Source of the DNA: Isurus oxyrinchus
Lineage: Eukaryota
Length of the DNA: 64,000 nt
NCBI GenBank assembly: GCA_026770705.1
Contig: JANJGN010000034.1
Coordinates: forward strand, 13,020,001-13,084,000
Direction: 5' to 3'
Positions within the stretch are counted from its first letter, which is position 1, and the number at the start of each line of letters is the position of its first letter. Shown here one piece after another: positions 37,058-50,958 of the stretch. The notes below the pieces were generated by a model. That model was given only the letters and a program-made list of their open reading frames with translations, was not told where the DNA came from and made no database searches. The position numbers were made by a program, and so were the translations under genes.

Positions 37058-38175
37058 ATAGAAACATAGAAACTAGGAGCAGGAGAAAGCCATTCGGCCC
37101 TTCGAGCCTGCTCCACCATTCATTATGATCATGGATGATCATCCAACTCAATAGCCTGCTCCCTCTTTCTCCCCATACCCTTTGATCCCTTTCGCCCCAA
37201 GAGCTATATCTAACTCCTTCTTGAAAACATACAATGTTTTGGCCTCAACCTCTTTCTGTGGTAACAAATTCCACAGGCTCACCTCTCTCTGGGTGAAGAA
37301 ATTTCGCCTCATCTCGGTCCTAAATGGTCTACCCCATATCTTCAGACTGTGACCCCTGGTTCTGGACTCCCCCACCATCGGGAACATCCTTCCTGCATCT
37401 ACCCTGTCCAGTCCTGTTAGAATTTTATAGGTTTCTATGAGATCCCCCCTCATTCTTCTGAACTCCAGCGAATATAATCCTAATCGACTCAATCTCTTCT
37501 CATATTTCAGTCTCACTATCCCAGGAATCAGTTGGGTAAATCTTCGCTGCACTCCCTCTATAGCAAGAACATCCTTCCTCAGATAAGGAGATCAAAACTG
37601 CACACAATATTCCAAGTGTGGTCTCACCAAGGCCCTGTATAATTGCAGCAAGACATCCCTGCTTCTGTGCTCGAATCATCTCACTATGAAGGCCAACATA
37701 CCATTTGCTTTCTTTACCGCCTGTTGCACCTGCGTGCTTATCTTCAGCAACTGGTGCACGAGGACACCCAGGTCTCGTTGCACATTCCCCTCTCTCAATT
37801 TATAGCCATTCAGATAATAATCTGCCTTCCTGTTTTTGCTACCAAAATGGAGAGCCTCACATTTATCCATTTTATACTGCATCTGCCATGCATTTGCCCA
37901 CTCACTCAGCTTGTCCAAATCACACTGAAGCCATCTCTGCACCCTCCTCACAGCTCACCCTCCCACCCAGCTTTGTGTCATCTGCAAATTTGGAGATACT
38001 ACATTTAGCTCCCTCATCTAAATCATTAATAGACATTGTGAACAGCTGGGGTCCCAGCACCGACCCCTGCGGTACCCCATTAGTCACTGCCTGCCATTCA
38101 GAAAAAAGACCAGTTTATTTCTACTCTTTGTTCTTTGTTTGCCAACCTGTTTTCCATCCATCTCAATATGGATAG
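37058..38175 (-). mobile_element. CR1-clade LINE 3' fragment
   Basis: ORFs 37676-37951 (LQCDLDKLSEWANAWQM) and 37148-37552; catagaaa tail repeat. Confidence 0.93.
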
Positions 38176-39399
38176 GAACCCAGTGTTTTAATTGCAAATT
38201 TGCTGCTCTCCAATTAAACGAGTGACGGAACCGCTTCAATCTTCAAACTTTTATTGCAAGGGAACCAAATGCAAGTGGAATGAGTGCCCCCTCTGTTCTG
38301 TTTGTTTTTATTGGTTTAATGATCAGGATGATTTCTGTGTCCTTGTCACCTCGGTATCCATTCTGTTTACTGGTTGGATGAAATTACTTGCATCGCTTTA
38401 ACATGAGAGGTTGCAACTTTGGCTCAGGCAAATTCTCCTCTCTACGCTTGAGAAGGGTTTTAATGAATTGAGGCAGCCCGACGATTCATTTGTTAACAGG
38501 TCCAGTCACCGTTTGGATTAAATGTACACTTGGTCCCTTTCATGTTGTTTTGATAAATGTCAGAGGAAAGCAATTTCTCGCCACCCCCTCTGCCCCAAGA
38601 AAATATGCTTTATCAAGCAATTTACAAGTTCTGGACTACCCAGCAGCTGTTTAATAATCTCACCTTTTGAAAAGGATATTTTCTGCTCCTGTCATCCAAT
38701 CGTTTTACTGATTTTGTGTTATTATTACTGATAATCATACAATTATATATTAACATATTATTAATACATATTATGATTTGTTTGCTTTCTTAAGTTTTCT
38801 CAATCGCCCTGTGACATCTTCTTAAACAATATAGTGTAAGAATTAGGGTCAACCCCCACCTCCAAAATTCTTATTTCGCCTTTTCTCATCTGAAACACCC
38901 ACAACGTTCACTAAATTGGCGAGAGGGGGATTTCAGATCCAAAGATCCCTCCACGTGAACCATTAGCCGAATTTCAAAAGTTTAACTTTTGAACAGAAAA
39001 ATGAGGAAGTGGTTGGAGTCTGGAACACAGCCTGAGGGAGTGGGAGAGGTAGGGATCCTCACAATGTTTAAGAAGTATTTAGATGAGCGCTTGAAATTCT
39101 ATAGCATCCGGGGCTATGGGCCAAGTGCTGGAAAATGGGATTAGAATAGATAGGTGCTTGATGGCCAGCACAGACATGATGGGCTGAAGGGCCTGCTTCT
39201 GTGCTGTATGACTCTATGACTCTATTGCTAAGTATGGCGAGCTCTGAAACAGGCCATTCTCCAATAAGCCCACAATGGTGTTTATGCTGTGGACATTTTT
39301 TTTTTCATCTTAGCCTATGAATTTACCAGCTTGAAGCTAACACCCTGGCTACAAATGATTGGTTACTCAAATAAAAAAAAACTCTCATTGTGTCCAAAA

Positions 39400-40335
39400 T
39401 GTAGTGTGTTAAGCCTGAAGCAAGCAGCATTCTGGAGACTCATTAGACAAACTGGAGAACTGGCCAACTCGCAAACTTGTGAGAAGGATTCTGAAGCAGA
39501 ATGCCTCATCGCCAGAACTTTCCAACAAGCACCAAGATGTAGCTTGGCTGGTGGTGAGAAAGGCCCTCCCCGTCAGATCCTTCCTAAACCCTGGGAGTCT
39601 CACCCCCTCCACCGCTGCCCTCGAGGTGGCTGTGGTGGGGGAGAGACCGTTGTTCACCTCCTTGTGGAGTGTGCCTTTGTAAAGAAGGTCTGGAGAGAGA
39701 TGCAGTGGTTTCTGTGGAGGTTCATCCTGAGCAGTTCTGTGACACAGGACTCTGTGCTCTACGGGCTGTTCCCAGGGACACACACCGAGACAAACATCAG
39801 CTGCAGCTGGAGGATCATCAACTCGGTGAAAGATGCTCTTTGGTCTGCCCGAAACTTATTGGTCTTCCAACGCAAACAGTTGTCCCTGACCGAGTGTTGC
39901 AGACTGGCACATTCCAAGGTCCAGGACTAGGTGCTGAGGGACGCACTGAAGCTTGGAGCAGCTGCCTCAAAGGTCAGTGGGGGAAAGTTGTTCTCTAAGC
40001 GTGCCATAGTGCACCAAGGGGCTGGGAATTGTATAGACCCCTCGGGCTGTACGACTCACAGTGAATGTAAGTAGTGAATACTAATTGTATTACAATTGTA
40101 TTGAAGCACCTCAGAGTGCAACATGATCTATGTCGATAACTTGAATACCATTGCAACTGTCTGACTGTAATGACCATGTTGAAATGTCTGTAATGTTCAC
40201 TGATTGTATCGAAGCACCTCGTGATCTATGTGGAAAACTGGAATCTGATTGCACTTTTTGTGATGGCCGTTCTGAAATATGTTGTACTGTTCTTTCAGGT
40301 ATTTTATTAATAAAATATACTTTTGCAAAAAAAAA
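39400..40335 (+). mobile_element. Tx1/L1-clade non-LTR element 3' fragment
   Basis: AWLVVRKALP, CPRGGCGGGETVVHLLVECAF..W (C-terminal zinc-knuckle region); AATAAA and A-tail at 40309-40335. Confidence 0.85.
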
Positions 40336-41119
40336 GGATCCTGAAGACAGACAGAAAGAGGAAGCCAGGGTAATAGCACCGCCGTCAAAACGAAACCGTA
40401 AATTCTGCAAAATCTTACTAAAATGAGAAGCAGCATAATCACAATCATATGACTGAAGCTCTGTCATCTATAGCTGTGTCACATGACATGTAAATATTGA
40501 CGTGTATGGCATCATCGCACCATTTCAAAGAGGGGTGGGTGGTGGGGGGGGCGGGGGAGGGGGGGGTGTGGGGGTGGTGCGGGGCGAGTCCTTCCCAGTG
40601 TTCAGGCCAGTGTTTATTCCTCAACCAACATCGCTTGAGCCAGGGGACGCGGTCATTCTCTGGTACTGCTGTCTCTGGGATCTTACTGTGCGCGCAGATC
40701 GGCCGCCGCGATTCCCACGCCGACCCCCACCCACCCCACCCCCACTTCCACCTCATTGGCTGCGAAGCGCTCTGGGGCGTCCTGCGGACGTGAAGGGCGC
40801 TACCGGAATGAAAGCCTCTCCTGTGGCTGATTGATAAATAAGCGAGAGGCGACAAGAACGGACAATGGACAGCCCAAGCTTAGGAAGGAGGCAGTCGCAC
40901 ACTGTGAGGCGCTTGGGTTTATAGCGTCTGCGAAAGCAAAGGGGCGAATTTGATCCAAGTTGCAGAATGCACGTTGCGGACGAGATGGTAAATTCAGAGC
41001 TTGTTCTAACGGTGTAGCTGCGCTGGGCCTCCGAGCTGTTGTGACACATTGGAGCTCCGCACGTATCCCATTGCCTGGAATCATTAGCATGTGAACTGTC
41101 CCGTCCATGCGGCCTGTCT

Positions 41120-41239
41120 CTAGTTAGTACTAACATCCGCGTTCACCGTTGCTTCTCCTTCCCAGTTCTCTCTCCTTGCAGGGTTATCACCATCCACTAC
41201 GTTCAGGTTGAGAGTTGCGTGAACAATAATATGGTTCCG
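41120..41239 (-). CDS. Nectin/PVR-like receptor, exon 8 (RNHIIVHATLNLNVVDGDNPARRENWEGEATVNADVSTN*)
   Basis: ttttgtcaatag| acceptor, phase 0 matching exon 7, TAG at 41122-41120. Confidence 0.8.
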   Translation of the reverse strand, partial: RNHIIVHATLNLNVVDGDNPARRENWEGEATVNADVSTN

Positions 41240-41856
41240 CTATTGACAAAACATGGCACAGTTTGAATGGTCTGAAGAGTGATTTATTTTCTAGTCTTAA
41301 CAGAGTCCACGTGTTCCCCCTCTGCAAGTGGGGAGGGATTTTTTTTAAAAAATAACAACCCACCATTTAACCTTGTTGAACCTGTTGGCACTCACACATT
41401 AAGAGCATTGGCAGTTAAGAGCCAACCACATTCCTGTGAATCTGGAGTCGCACGTAGGCCAGATGGGTACGGAGTCCCTCCCTGAATCTTATAGGTTTTT
41501 ACGACAATCTGTTACCTGCATGACCCATGAGTACTGAGGCTTGCATTTTATTCCACATTTCATTATTTCAGCTGGTGTTCATTGTGTGACAAGAGGAATT
41601 CTCACAATAGGGCTTTCTCAGTTCCTTGGAGAATTGGGCATAGCAATGTGTTAAATCCCATTTCCTCCCGGTTCCCAGTTAATAATAAGTCACTGTTGAG
41701 AGGGCAGGGGAGGCAGCGGCATTGTCACTGGGTCTGGTAGTCCAGTCACTCTGGGCTCCAATACCCTCATGGCAGGAGGTGTTGGAATTCAGTTATAATC
41801 TGGAGACTTACATGGCCATGGAATTATTGCCGATTGTTGTAAAACCCATCTGGATA

Positions 41857-42460
41857 AAGAACAAAGAACAAAGAAAAGTACAGCAGAGGAACAGGCCCTT
41901 CGGCCCTCCAAGCCTGCGCCGATCATATTGCCCGTCAACTAAAATATTTTGCACTTCTGGGGTCCGTATCCCTCTATTCCCATCCTCTTCATGTATTTGT
42001 CAAGTTGCCTCTTAAACACCACTATCGTACCTGCTTCCACCACCTCCCCTGGCAGCGAATTCCAGACACTCACTACCCTCTGCATAAAAAACTCGTCCCG
42101 CACATCTCCTCTATAGTTTTCTCCTCTCACCTTAAATCTATGTCCCCTGCTAATTGACTCTTCCACACTGGGAAAAAGCTTCTGACCATCTACTCTGTCC
42201 ATGCCACTCATAATTTTGTAAACTTCTATCAAGTCGCCCCTCAATCTCCGTCGCTCTAGTGAGAACAATCCGAGTTTCTCCAACCTCTCCTCATAGCTAA
42301 TAACCTCCAGACCAGGCAGCATCCTGGTAAACCTCCTCTGCACCCTCTCCAATGCCTCCATATCCTTCTGGTAATGTGGCGACCAGAATTGCACGCAATA
42401 TTCCAAGTGTGGCCTAACCAAGGTTCTATACAGCTGCATGACTTCCCAGTTTTTATACAC
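41857..42460 (-). mobile_element. CR1 3' fragment inserted into a SINE
   Basis: ORF 41939-42460 (LYRTLVRPHLEYCVQFWSP); the SINE breaks at ccatctgg and resumes at ctggttcactaatg. Confidence 0.92.
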
Positions 42461-42717
42461 AATACTGGTTCACTAATGTCCTTTAGGGAAGGAAATCCGT
42501 ACCTGGTCTGACCTACATGCGACTCCAGACCCACAGCAATGTGGTTGACTCTTAAATGCTCTCTGAACAAGGGTGATTCGGGATGGGCAATAAATGCTGG
42601 CCTACCCAGCGATGCCCACATCCCATGAATGAATATTTTTTTAAAAATCTCTGCTTTGAAATGAAACTAAACTAGCCATGGACATCTCTAGGCCAACACA
42701 TTATCCTTTCAACTTAC

Positions 42718-42752
42718 CTTTTGTGGTGAATGTTTAGCTTTTGATTTGGTGC
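42718..42752 (-). CDS. Nectin/PVR-like receptor, exon 7 (GTKSKAKHSPQK)
   Basis: ttctttttctttattcaaccag| acceptor, AAG|gtaagt donor, 35 nt, phase 1 to 0. Confidence 0.85.
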
Positions 42753-43681
42753 CTGGTTGAATAAAGAAAAAGAATAGAATTAGTTGAGATTCTTTTCCCA
42801 TCACAGAGTCCCATTATTTATTAAAGTGGTTATTCACCATTCAGTCAGCTTTCTTGCTAAATGTACCATAATTGATCCAACGGTCTTGATATTAATTATT
42901 TGGTGAATTATCAGTAAGTCCATTACGTATTGCTCCATATCTACATTAGAAATAGCAGCAGTAGGCCATTCGGCCCCTTGAGCCTGCTCCATCCTTTCAA
43001 TAAGATCATAGCCGATCTGAACTCGACTTTCCTGCCTGTCCACAGCAACATGCACCTGTCCCCCACCGACACCCCTCTGACCTCCACCCCTCCCCCACCA
43101 ACCCTTGACTCCCTTGTCGATCAAAAATCTGTCTAACTCAGCCTTGAATATGTTCAATGACTCAGCCTCCACTGCTCTCTGGTGTAGAGAATCCCAAACA
43201 CTGATGGGAGATGAAATTCCACCGCATCTCCTTCCTAAATGGGAGACCCCCTTATTTTAAAATTGTGCCCCCCACCCCCCCGTTCTAGATTCCCCCATGA
43301 GGGGAAATATCCTCTCAACATCTACCCTATCGAGCCCCCCTCTGAATCTGATATGTTTCAATAAGATCACCTCTCATTCTTCTGAACTCCGATGGGTATT
43401 GGCCCAACCTGCTCCACCTCTCCTCATAAGACCCTTCATCCCAGGAATCAGCTGAGTGAACCCTCTCTGAACTGCCTCCAACGCAAGTCTATCCCTCCTT
43501 AAGTAAGGAGATCAAAATTGCACCCAGTACTCCAGGGGCAGTCTCCCCAATGCCCTGTGCAACTACAGTAAGGCATCCCTACATTTATACTCCATCTCTC
43601 TTGCAATAAAGGCCAACATTCCATTTGCCTCCCTAATTACTTACTGTACCTGCATATTAACTTTTTGTGTAAGTTTTTTTC

Positions 43682-46185
43682 TATTCATTTACGGAATGCG
43701 GGCATTGCTGGCTGGGCCAGTATTTATTGCCCGTCCCTAGTTGCCCTTGAGAAGGCGGTGGTGAGCTGCCTTCTTGACTGGCTGCAGTCCATGTGGTGTA
43801 GGTGCACCCACAATGCTGATAGGGAGGGAGTTCCAGGATTTTGACCCAGTGACAGTGAAGGAACGGCCGATATATTTCCAGCATGGATTTGTTAAAGGAA
43901 GATCTTGCCTCACAAATTTGACTGAATTCTTTGAGGAAGTGACAAGCAGGGTTGATGAAGGTAGTGCAGTGGATGTTGTGTACATGGATTTTAACAAGGC
44001 ATTTGACAAGGTCCCACAAGGCAGATTGGTCAGGAAAGTAAAAGCCCATGGGATTCAGGGTAATGCGACAAACTGGATAAAAGGTTGGCTTTGTAACAGG
44101 AAACAAAGGATAATGGTCGATGGATGCCCTTGCAAATGGAAAGTTATCTCAGGTAGTGTTCCACAGGGCTCAGTGTTGGGACCCTTGCCATCTGCCTTTA
44201 TATATTAACGATTTGGACATGAATGTGGGGGGCATGGTTGGGAAATTTGCAGATGACAAAAAGATTGGCCGAGTAGTGGATAAGACCATAAGACCATAAG
44301 ACATAGGAGCAGAAATTAGGCCATTCAGCCTATTGAGTCTGCTGCACCATTCAATCATGGCAGATAAGTTTCTCAACCCCATTCTCCCACCTTCTCCCCG
44401 TAACCTTTGATCCCCTTACCCATCAAGAACCTATCTATCTCGGTCTTAAATACACTCAATGTCCTGGCCTCCACAGCCTTCTGTGGCAATGAATTCCATA
44501 GATTCACCACTGTTTGACCCTGACCACTGACCGAATTTGAGGTACTTAATCTACTGGGTTTGACCGCCCCCTGTAACAAAGCGTCCAGCTAACTCTCCCC
44601 GTCCCAGATGTGCCACAGCGTCTGGAGCTCGGACTCCAGTTCATCAATTCTGAGCCGGAGTTCCTCCAGCAACCAACATTTGCTGCAGATGTGGTCACTG
44701 CAGCTCGCATTGGGATCTGCCAGCTCCCACATCATACAGCTACCCATCTACCCATGTAAAGGGTAGCCATAATCTCCGAAATGATATAGATAGGTTGGTG
44801 AAGTGCGCAGTAAAGTGGCAGATGGATTTTAACATAGAGAAGTGTGAGGTCATACATTTAGGGAGGTCAAACAGTTACAGGGATTACAAAATAAATGGGA
44901 ATATGCTAAGAGGGGTAGATGAAGTGAGAGATCTTGGCGTACAAGTACACAGGTCCTTTGAAGGCAGTTCATGTAAAGAAGGCATATGGAATGCTCTCCT
45001 TCATTGCCAGAGGTATAGAATATAAAAGTAAGGATATAATGTTGGAATTGTATAAAACACTGGTGAGGCCACAACTGGAGTATTGTGCGCAGTTCTGGTC
45101 ACCACATTACAGGAAGGATGTAATAACTCTGGAGAGAGTGCAGAGGAGGTTTGCAAGAATGTTGCCAGGGTTAGAAAAGTGTAGCTACGAGGAGAGATTG
45201 GATAGGTTGAGGTTATTTTCCTTAGAACAAAGAAGGCTGAGAGGTGACTTGATCGAGATGTACAAAATGATGAGGGGAATAGATAGAGTGGACAGGATAA
45301 AATTGTTTCCCTTGATGGAGAATTCTAGAACCAGGGGACATAGATTCAAGATAAGTGGCACAAGATGTAAGGGGGACATGAGGAAGAATTCTTTTACACA
45401 GAGGATAGTGGGTGGCTGGAATTCACTGCCCAAGTTGGTGGTCGAGGCAGAAACTCTAAACTCTTTTAAAAAGTACCAGGAGCTGCACCAAAAGTGCTGT
45501 AAGCTGCAGAGCTATGGGCTAGGGGCAGGAAGGTGGGATTAGAAAGGGCACCTGGGTGTCCTCGGGCTGGCATGGACAAGATGGGCCGAATGGCCCTTCT
45601 GTGCTGCAACATTTCTATGGTTCTATGGTTCTAAGTCAGGATGGTGAGTGACTTGGAGGGGAACTTCCAGGTGGTGGTGTTCTCATGTGTCTGCTGCCCT
45701 TGTCCTTCTAGATGGTAGGGGTTGTGGGTTTGGAAGGTGCTGTCAAAGGAGCCTTGGTGAATTCCTATAGTGCATCTTATAGATGGTACATACTGCTGCT
45801 ACTGTGCGTCGGTGGTGGAGGGAGTGAATGTGATGCCAATCAAGCGGGCTGCTTTGTCCTGGATGGTGTCGAGCTTCTTGAGTGTTGTGGGAGCTGCACT
45901 CATCCAGGCAAGTAGGGAGTATTCCATCACTCTCCTGACTTGTGCCTTGTAGATGGTGGACAGGCTTTGGGGAGTCAGGAGGTGAGTTACTTGCCGCAGG
46001 ATTCCCAGCCTCTGACCTGCAGCCATAGCTGCAGTATTTATATGGAGAGTGCAGTTCAGTTTCTAGTCATCCTGCAGGATGTTGATATTGGGGGATTCAG
46101 TGATGGTAATGCCATTGAACGTCAAGGGGCGATGGTTGGATTCTCTCTTGTTGGGGATGGTCATTGCCTGGCACTTGTGTGGCGA
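43682..46185. mobile_element. Nested LINE cluster: minus-strand LINE (43682-43880, 45634-46185) split by a plus-strand CR1 (43881-45632) that contains further CR1 pieces
   Basis: QHGFVKGRSCLTNL, VYMDFNKAFDKV, VPQGSVLGP and ORF 44934-45542; the host element resumes in register (atatatttcca...agtcaggatgg). Confidence 0.88.
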
Positions 46186-47117
46186 GTAAAACCACTGATA
46201 GATTTACCCTCAGTATCTCAGTGCGTTCAGTTGCGTGATTTTTACCCCCTTAAGTGGCCAGATACCCTGCTTCTTGAGGAAGTCGAGTCAAGCTGCCCCG
46301 CACCCACCAGCACAACGATGGAACCAGGCACTGAAACAAATAATCAGCGCTGGGTTCCGACAGCAGACAGTCCAGGCAAGTGGACACTACAAGTGTCCCT
46401 GAATTCTGGGTTGCGATTCAGCAGGATATTGGAATATGGTAGGAGCGGAAATCCGCAGAGATCCATAATCAGTGGGTTGTGCAATCCCATGACACCCTCC
46501 CAATCATTCAGGACTAACAATCCCATGAGGCAGGTATGAAGACCGTTCAGGTGACTGCGGGTTTATCAGACTGTAATCGGTGCTATAACCCTTCAAATTA
46601 CTTCATGCCATTATCCAAGGGAAGGGTGCAAAACGTAGGAAAGCCAGGTTTTTTTTTTTGTTTTTAGCCTCTAACAGCACCCATTCGGTATCCACAGGTA
46701 AATTTTCACCCCCTGTCTAGAAGCTGGCAGAGACTGGCCCTGAAAACTTAACATGCACGAGGGACATTTTAAAATCGTTTATGCCCAAGCCTTTTCCTCG
46801 AGGAAATGCCAAACAAATCTCAAGTCATGTCGGCTTTTAGGTGGCCCCGAGCATCAAGGACCTAGAACATAAGGAATGGGAACAGGAGCAGACCATTCGG
46901 CCCCTCGAGCTGCTCCCGCCCTCAGTAGGATCGTGGCTGATCTTTCACTTATGTGGCGCCGTTAACATATCTGAGAAGCCCCGAGGTGCTTCACGTGGAC
47001 CTGTCAGACACAACTGGAGCCAAAGAACCTCCAAAGCACTACTGGTTCCTCAACCCTGTGTCCCGCCCTCAAAGCGGAGCATGAGGGGTGGATCTGCAAA
47101 CACGCTATATCGCTCAC

Positions 47118-47231
47118 CCTCAATTTTCCGTCTTTTCTTCGCTATCACAACGGCTAGAAAGACAGCGATCAATAATGTCCCAACAACCGTCCCCAGAACA
47201 ATGTACACCAAGGTGGATCCAAGTGACTTGC
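47118..47231 (-). CDS. Nectin/PVR-like receptor, exon 6 (TM; GKSLGSTLVYIVLGTVVGTLLIAVFLAVVIAKKRRKIE)
   Basis: ttttacag| acceptor, G|gtgagc donor, 114 nt, phase 1-1. Confidence 0.93.
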
Positions 47232-47410
47232 CTGTAAAATTCCAAGCAGAGGGGGTGTTATTCTATTTATTGCATGGGCAAGCGATGAATGAAATCTTCC
47301 CATTGAGCACCTTGATCACTGTACACATTGTCCCGTCCAGGCAGCTCCTCGTTTCCACGCAATGGGGACATTGGCATTAAAATGCAACAGCACACTTTCT
47401 TGGAGTTTAC

Positions 47411-47577
47411 CTGCACTGGAGTCCACCTCTCTCACTACAACTGCAATTCTTCCCTTCCCTTTCCCAACGGCGTTTGTGGCTTCACAGACCCAGGTTCCAT
47501 TGACCGAGCGATCCACTTGATCGATAAATAGATGATTTCCTTCTCCTCGAGCACTTTCAGGCACTGGTCCCGTGGTC
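47411..47577 (-). CDS. Nectin/PVR-like receptor, exon 5 (second half of Ig3)
   Basis: gatccag| acceptor, G|gtaaac donor, 167 nt, phase 2 to 1; NGTWVCEATNAVG. Confidence 0.93.
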
Positions 47578-49253
47578 CTGGATCAATAGACACAACTTTC
47601 TCTCAATGACCTTGCTTACACTGTAGAGAGACTCTCGGATGGCCTCCAGCAACAATTATTCTCGAATCATGCATTTCTGAGGGTTCATTTAAACGTAGAT
47701 ATCTAAATCCTTCCTGAAATGAGTGCAAAACTGCTTCTGAAGAGAGATAGATAGAGAGATAGGTAGGGAGAGAGATAGGGAGAGAGAGATAGAGAGAAAT
47801 AGAGAGAGAGAGAGCGAGATAGAGGGAGGGTAATAGAGAAAAAGATAGAGAGAGATAGAGCACAAGATAGAGAGAGGGAAGGTAGATAGCAGCTTTCATA
47901 GCATACATGGCACAGTGATAGGCCATTCAGCCCTGTCAGTCCCTGCTAGCCTCCTCCCATCTATCCTCATCCAAGTCGATCACCTTCCCCTTCTATTCTC
48001 TTCTCCCTCATCCGCTCATTGCCTGGCTTCCCCTTAGGAAACATCTACCCCATTCACTTCAGCCATTCCCTTTAGCCGTGGGCTTCACATTCTCACCGCT
48101 CTTTGGATGAAGAAGTTTATTCTGAATTCCCTGATGGATTTTGGAAACAAGCAACCACAGCACAGAAGGAGGCCATTGTGTGTGGGCCAGCTCCCTGTGA
48201 GCTATTCGCCTAGCTTCCTCTTCATATTATCATCCAATTCTATTTTGGTGACTATCTTATAATGATGGCCTCTATTTCTGTTCCCCCTTCACATGAAGAA
48301 ACATTCTCGCTTTATCCAATCTATCAGAACCTCTCTTCATTCTAAAAGCCTCTGTTACATCACCCCTCGCCACCCAAGAGAGGTCATTGGTGACCATGGA
48401 CTTCCATTGGATTGGCCCATGATTATGCTTGGTTTGCCATTACCTCATGCAGTACGGCTAACCAGGAAACTCTCCCACTCTTACCATCTGCCATTAGGAG
48501 TATTTCCAGGCTGATAAGTAACCTTTGCTTTTAATTCATGGGGTGTGGGCATCACTGGCCAGGCCAGCATTTTTTACTCATCCCTACTTGCCCTAGTTCA
48601 GAGGGCATTTAAGAGTCAACCACGTTGCTTGTGGATCTGGAGTCACATGTAGGCCAGACCAGGAAAGGGCAGCAGATTTCCTGGGTTTTTACAACAATGG
48701 CTTCATGTTCATCATTAGACTTTTATTTCCAAATGCTTTTTTTTAAGTGAATTCAAATTCCACCATCGGCTGTGGCAGGGTTATGAACCCAGGTCCCCGG
48801 TTTACCAGTCCAGCGACAATGCCACTAGAGCATTGCCTCCCCCAGCTGGGCCTGTTTGGCCATGTTATGAACGCACCTGTGGCTGTCAAGCCCTGAGGTG
48901 GGACTTGAATCCAGAGGTTGAACCCACAAGGCCTCTCTTAGGGGATCCCTCAGCCTTCCTTTTCCAACACAGAGACAGACAGATAGGGGGTAGCGATAGA
49001 GAGAAGCGTTAGAGCGAGGTAGAGAGAGGCAGACAGATGAATAGACAGATGGAGAGATGGATAGGTAGAGCAAGAGCTTCAAAAATACTGTTTATTTCCA
49101 AGCATTCAAGAAGGTTAAATATTTCTCTGGAATATGACAGGTAACGTGAGAGGCGGCCACTATTTGAAGTAGTTACTGGATTTTAATTCTGCAGTACATG
49201 AGTGCTATAAGTTCTAGAAAGAGGCATGTTGACTATATTGTAAGCCCACATAC

Positions 49254-49371
49254 ATTGTCCAGTGGTAGGTTGTTGCTGGAGGATTTGCCTCAGCAATGCA
49301 GCTGAGGCTGACATTGTGTCTGTTTACATGCCAATTGGCGTCATATCCTGTAATCGACACCTCCGGAGGGT
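49254..49371 (-). CDS. Nectin/PVR-like receptor, exon 4 (first half of Ig3)
   Basis: ctctggttag| acceptor, AT|gtatgt donor, 118 nt, phase 1 to 2; YPPEVSITGYDANW..LSCIAEANPP..YHW is typical of nectins. Confidence 0.94.
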
Positions 49372-49729
49372 CTAACCAGAGAAAACAAAATGTCAAAAAG
49401 CGATCAGTGAGCTCTTTTCCATACTGCTAATTTAGAATAAAATATAATAATGCAGAACTGCAAATGATAGGTATTTGCCCCAGTATATTTCCCAACCCAT
49501 AAATAGAATTCTAGTCAATTAAACTCCTTAATTGTTGTGTTGCTGCACAGTTTATAATGGCGGAAATAGACAATCCTTCATTCAGTTGTATGTGTTTTTT
49601 AGGTAAAATAAAGAACACATGGATTAACAATAATTGAGACACTTAGTTATTTTTCTTTAAAACAAAGATATGAAGGCAATCAACTGTCATGTCTCTCAGA
49701 GAAACAACTGCAGTTTCAGAGTCCACGCA

Positions 49730-50540
49730 CCATTCACCCACCCAAATACCCACCAATCCACCCAACCACCAATCCACCCACCCACCAATCCACTCACTCG
49801 CCGACCCAAATTCCCACTCACCCACCCACCCAGCAATCCACCCACCCAAATACCCACTCACCCACCCACCCACCAACCCACCCAAATACCCATTCACCCA
49901 CCCAACCACCAATCCACCCACCCAAATACCCACTCACCCACCCAAATACCCACTCACCCACCCACCCAAATACCCACTCACCCACCCACCCACCTACCCA
50001 CTCACCCACCCAACCACCAGTCCACTCACCCAAATACCCAAACACCTACCCACCAACCCACCAATCCACCCACCCACCAATGCACCCACCCACCCACAAA
50101 CCAATCCACCCACCAACCCACCAATCCACCCACCCACCAATCCACCCACCCACCAATCCACCCACCCAAATACCCACTCACCCACCCACTAACCCACCAA
50201 TCCACCCACCCACCAATCCACCCACCCAAATACCCACTCACCCATCAATCCACCCACCCACCAATCCACCCACCCACCCACCAATTTACCCACTCACCAA
50301 TCTACCCACCCAGCCACCCACCAATCCACCCACCCAAATACCCACCCACTAATCCGCCCACCCACCCAAATATCTGGCAATCCACCCACCCAAATACCCA
50401 CGCCCCCCACTCACCAATCCATCCACTCAAATACCCACCCACCCAAATATCCACCCACTCACCATCCACCCACCCACCAACCCATCCACCCATCCATCCT
50501 CCCACCCATGCACCCATCTATCCACCTACCCACCAATCCA
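49730..50540. repeat. (CCAC/CCAAT)-rich low-complexity tract, intronic
   Basis: Directly visible. Confidence 0.93.
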
Positions 50541-50664
50541 TGTTATCATACTCATTGTTGGCCTGTGGTTATATAAATGATTCAACAACGCAGTTCATGT
50601 ATTAATCAGGCAGTTTCAGTTGGGTTTTTTTTTTCTCAGAATAACTTCCTCCTCTGATACTTAC

Positions 50665-50958
50665 ATCGGACTGATATTGTCACTGGTAAGCTCACCCGAT
50701 CTCTCAATGCCTTGTGGGATACTACGCATGTCAACTTCTCCCCATTGGCCTCCCTGGTGGCCGATATTCTGTACTGGCTGGTGATGGTGACTGTCCGGTC
50801 TGGATGTTCGGTCTGACTCGACGTGACTGCCCCTGGGACTTTGGCCACCCATGTTATATCAGCTGCCGGCTTCCCATTGGCTGCTGTGCAAGTGGCGACC
50901 AGGGCTTCTGACAACCCAGTGTCTGTTGGGAAGGTGATGATGCTATTGATGGGCTTCA
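50665..50958 (-). CDS. Nectin/PVR-like receptor, exon 3 (Ig2, C-type)
   Basis: gacctcag| acceptor, T|gtaagt donor, 294 nt, phase 1-1; VATCTAANGKPAADITW..TVTITSQY..LTCVVSH. Confidence 0.95.

Noticed and set aside
41190-41239. Alternative last-exon frame AEPYYCSRNSQPERSGW* by direct TM-to-exon-8 splicing
   Set aside because: A well-formed 35-nt phase-shifting exon at 42718-42752 favours the other frame; skipping it remains a possible minor isoform.
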